Shown here piece after piece: positions 61,750-64,000 of a stretch of 64,000 nt of DNA. A program made the translations under genes and the position numbers. How positions within the stretch are numbered: the stretch's first letter is position 1; each line of letters opens with the position of its first letter. The DNA is from Takakia lepidozioides. Its lineage: Eukaryota; Plantae; Bryophyta. Below the pieces are notes generated by a model. That model worked only from the letters and a program-made list of their open reading frames with translations. It was not told the DNA's origin and made no database searches. The DNA lies in NCBI GenBank assembly GCA_030704615.1, contig CM060731.1, positions 51,832,001 to 51,896,000 of the forward strand, read 5' to 3'.

Positions 61750-63400
61750 CATGGGATGATGGAATCACACCTTATGTTTTCCATCCTTTCTCTCAACGCC
61801 CACACTTACGGTCCATCCTCTTTTCCGAGATGTGCTCCTCACACTACTCCACAAAACCCATTGATGCACAAGTGCCCATGTGTACTGTGAGATAGCCACA
61901 GAATCAGTCGTATCTTGCCATACCCATTCTAAGAGTCTAACACCCCCCTTACTTCCCAAAAGAGGGTGGGTGCGTGGTTGTTTGGGCACTTAGAATGCCC
62001 ACTCAGGGCAGATTCCTAAAAAATGTATCAGATACAGAGGTCTCTGGCAACTTGTAAAGCTACCATCTACTGACCATTTCACCGCAATAGTAAGATCCAT
62101 GCAATCAGCTGCCTGGAGAATATCTCCTCCACAAAAAGCCTTATGGGGCGAAGCGAACGGACCCAACTTCCACACAGGTATCCAGATTCTCCAGCTATGG
62201 AAACTGACTATTGGGAATTTTGTTGAATTTGATCTCAACCTACTCTGTCGACGCAATCTGGCGACACTACAAAAGCTGATGCAGGCGGGGTGGTGGAGCT
62301 GGTGATGCGCCTGGATCCGCCCAAGTATCCACTTTTTGCTGGCTTTTTCTTCCCATATGGAGAGTATAAACAGTATAGATATCTAGATAGATAGATTACC
62401 TACACTGTCGTTTTGTGGATATGGGTTGTTCTCATACTCTTGTTTAATATTGTCTCAACACTCTCCCTGTAATCCCCCTTCGAGACAGGATGGTTATGGA
62501 AACCGAAATGCACACAAGTTTTTGTCATTGTTTTCAAACGGTGGACGACATAGTACATTCTTGCTCCACACAATCCCAGGCAGGATGGTACAAGTTTGCA
62601 GAATTTGCAAACGAAAGTGTTTGCCGGTGGAGGAGCAGCCCCAGGCTTAAATGGATTTTCCGCGAGACCCTCCTACTTGCTTTGATTATGAACCCCAGAC
62701 TGAAAAAAGTGTCTGCGATTCAAATTACCACACCTAAGGTGTCCATTGCAAACTGTTTTCCTGAAAACAAGCTTGTCTTCATTTTGAATATTGGATGTTT
62801 TTGTTCTGCACCATGGGTGCCCGTCGTGTTTCTTGTCCATTCCGTGCATCATGCTTGTTATACCTCCAACTCGCGGAGGAGGAGGCAGCTCGAATAGGAT
62901 ATCACCATCAAAAGTCTCTAGCAGGAACTTCATTGGCACCTGCTTCAAAGATTCCCAATCAAGTCCCCCCAACTCATTTTTGAAACCTGCCATTCCTCCC
63001 ATCGTCCGTAGTTTTGGAATGACACTATAAATCTCTTTTTCATCCACATTCACAACTACCGTAGCAAGGACTGGAGTTGGAATTTCACTTATGTCATCAT
63101 CGGACGAATCCGAAAGCTCAACGATTGGAGTGGAGGACGTCTGTTCTTTTTTCACCACCACCTCTCTTTTGTATTCAATGACCGAAGCAGCAGTCTCGGG
63201 CGATATGATCCAAGGGACTTTCGCCGAAGCTCTCCAAGTACTCTGTATCTACCAGGGCGCATTCTCCACTGGCTGACATGAGCCGTATCATCACGGTTTT
63301 GGAACGAGTATTTCAATAACTTCCAATCCAAATCGTACACCTCTTTCTCCAAGAAGATGGAGCCATTCTGAAGCTCAAACCGGTAGCCAAGACATGTTCC
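61750..63400 (-). mobile_element. Degenerate TE-associated Cys/His-rich ORF (GCM-like zinc-binding region)
   Basis: LFELPP...MDKKHDGHPW.RT.TSN......FRK..C.GHL.C.N, continuing VCKFCK..P.C...C.ARMYYV....CVHFG.HNHPV. Stops and frameshifts are present. Family assignment is an inference. Confidence 0.5.
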
Positions 63401-64000
63401 AGAACAATTGTGAATCCATTGTCAAGGGCATCCCTGAAATCCTAGGTAGGCCCTATCCTAACTACTTTGAGAATCCTCAAGTATGACGATGCATGGTGAT
63501 ATTAACGAAGCTGTCACAAAAAAGACACATGTCTATTTTATGTTTGCACACGCCAACAACCCAAAACAGCCGCGTAAAGGAACAGCTGTCCCAATTAGGT
63601 TACGTCATTTCCACTAAAAACGCACATTCACGTATCAAACACACAAGAGGGAATCCGACGGTCCTAGGGACACTCCCAAAACGACGGAACCGCGCAAGAA
63701 AGCGAGTCTGTTCATCTTTCTTGTTTCTAAACGCAGACGAAGAGAGGTAGTCAAGCTGGAGAGGGTTCCTTGTTCGGCTCGGAAGAGAAGGAAGTCATTG
63801 TATTTTACATCGCTTAGAGAGAGGCTGAGATCAAGAGAGCAAATGACGAGGCGTCGCATGCATGATGGTGTAGGGCTTAGGCAGTATGTGAACGTGGAGA
63901 CAGGTCAAGGAGAAGAGCATGTGGGAAGTGAGAGTGAGGTCGCCGCAGTCGTAGCGACGGCAGGAGCTGTGAGCGTAGGTAACCAGACAATGCCAGCCGA

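Overview
Eukaryotic nuclear DNA from a land plant, most likely a bryophyte. This is inferred from the gene families, the PLS-PPR gene and the repeat types, not proven. Host genes that look intact are TIM23, an LYR-motif protein, an OSBP-related (ORP4-like) protein, a DRM-type de novo DNA methyltransferase, a NOSIP/CSU1 RING ligase, a subgroup-IIIf-like bHLH with a degenerate basic region, and a PLS-class PPR protein whose E/DYW tail has decayed. Between them lie a decayed NLR-type LRR, Helitron-like elements and a 3'-truncated Ty3/gypsy element with an intact 5' LTR and Met PBS. A nested TE cluster at about 39-52 kb contains a Mutator-like element with a SWIM transposase and Ulp1/C48 protease gene, a Helitron, a solo LTR and a Sola-like DDD transposase. 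A mosaic of unrelated gene fragments lies at about 50-57 kb. The most striking unexplained signal is saturation of the Mutator-like element, including its introns, with one short motif, AGTCYG/CRGACT. This resembles the VANDAL/VANC anti-silencing architecture. A second unexplained signal is an intronic inverted repeat bracketing a 97-nt exon of the OSBP gene. Exon coordinates were read by hand and need RNA confirmation.
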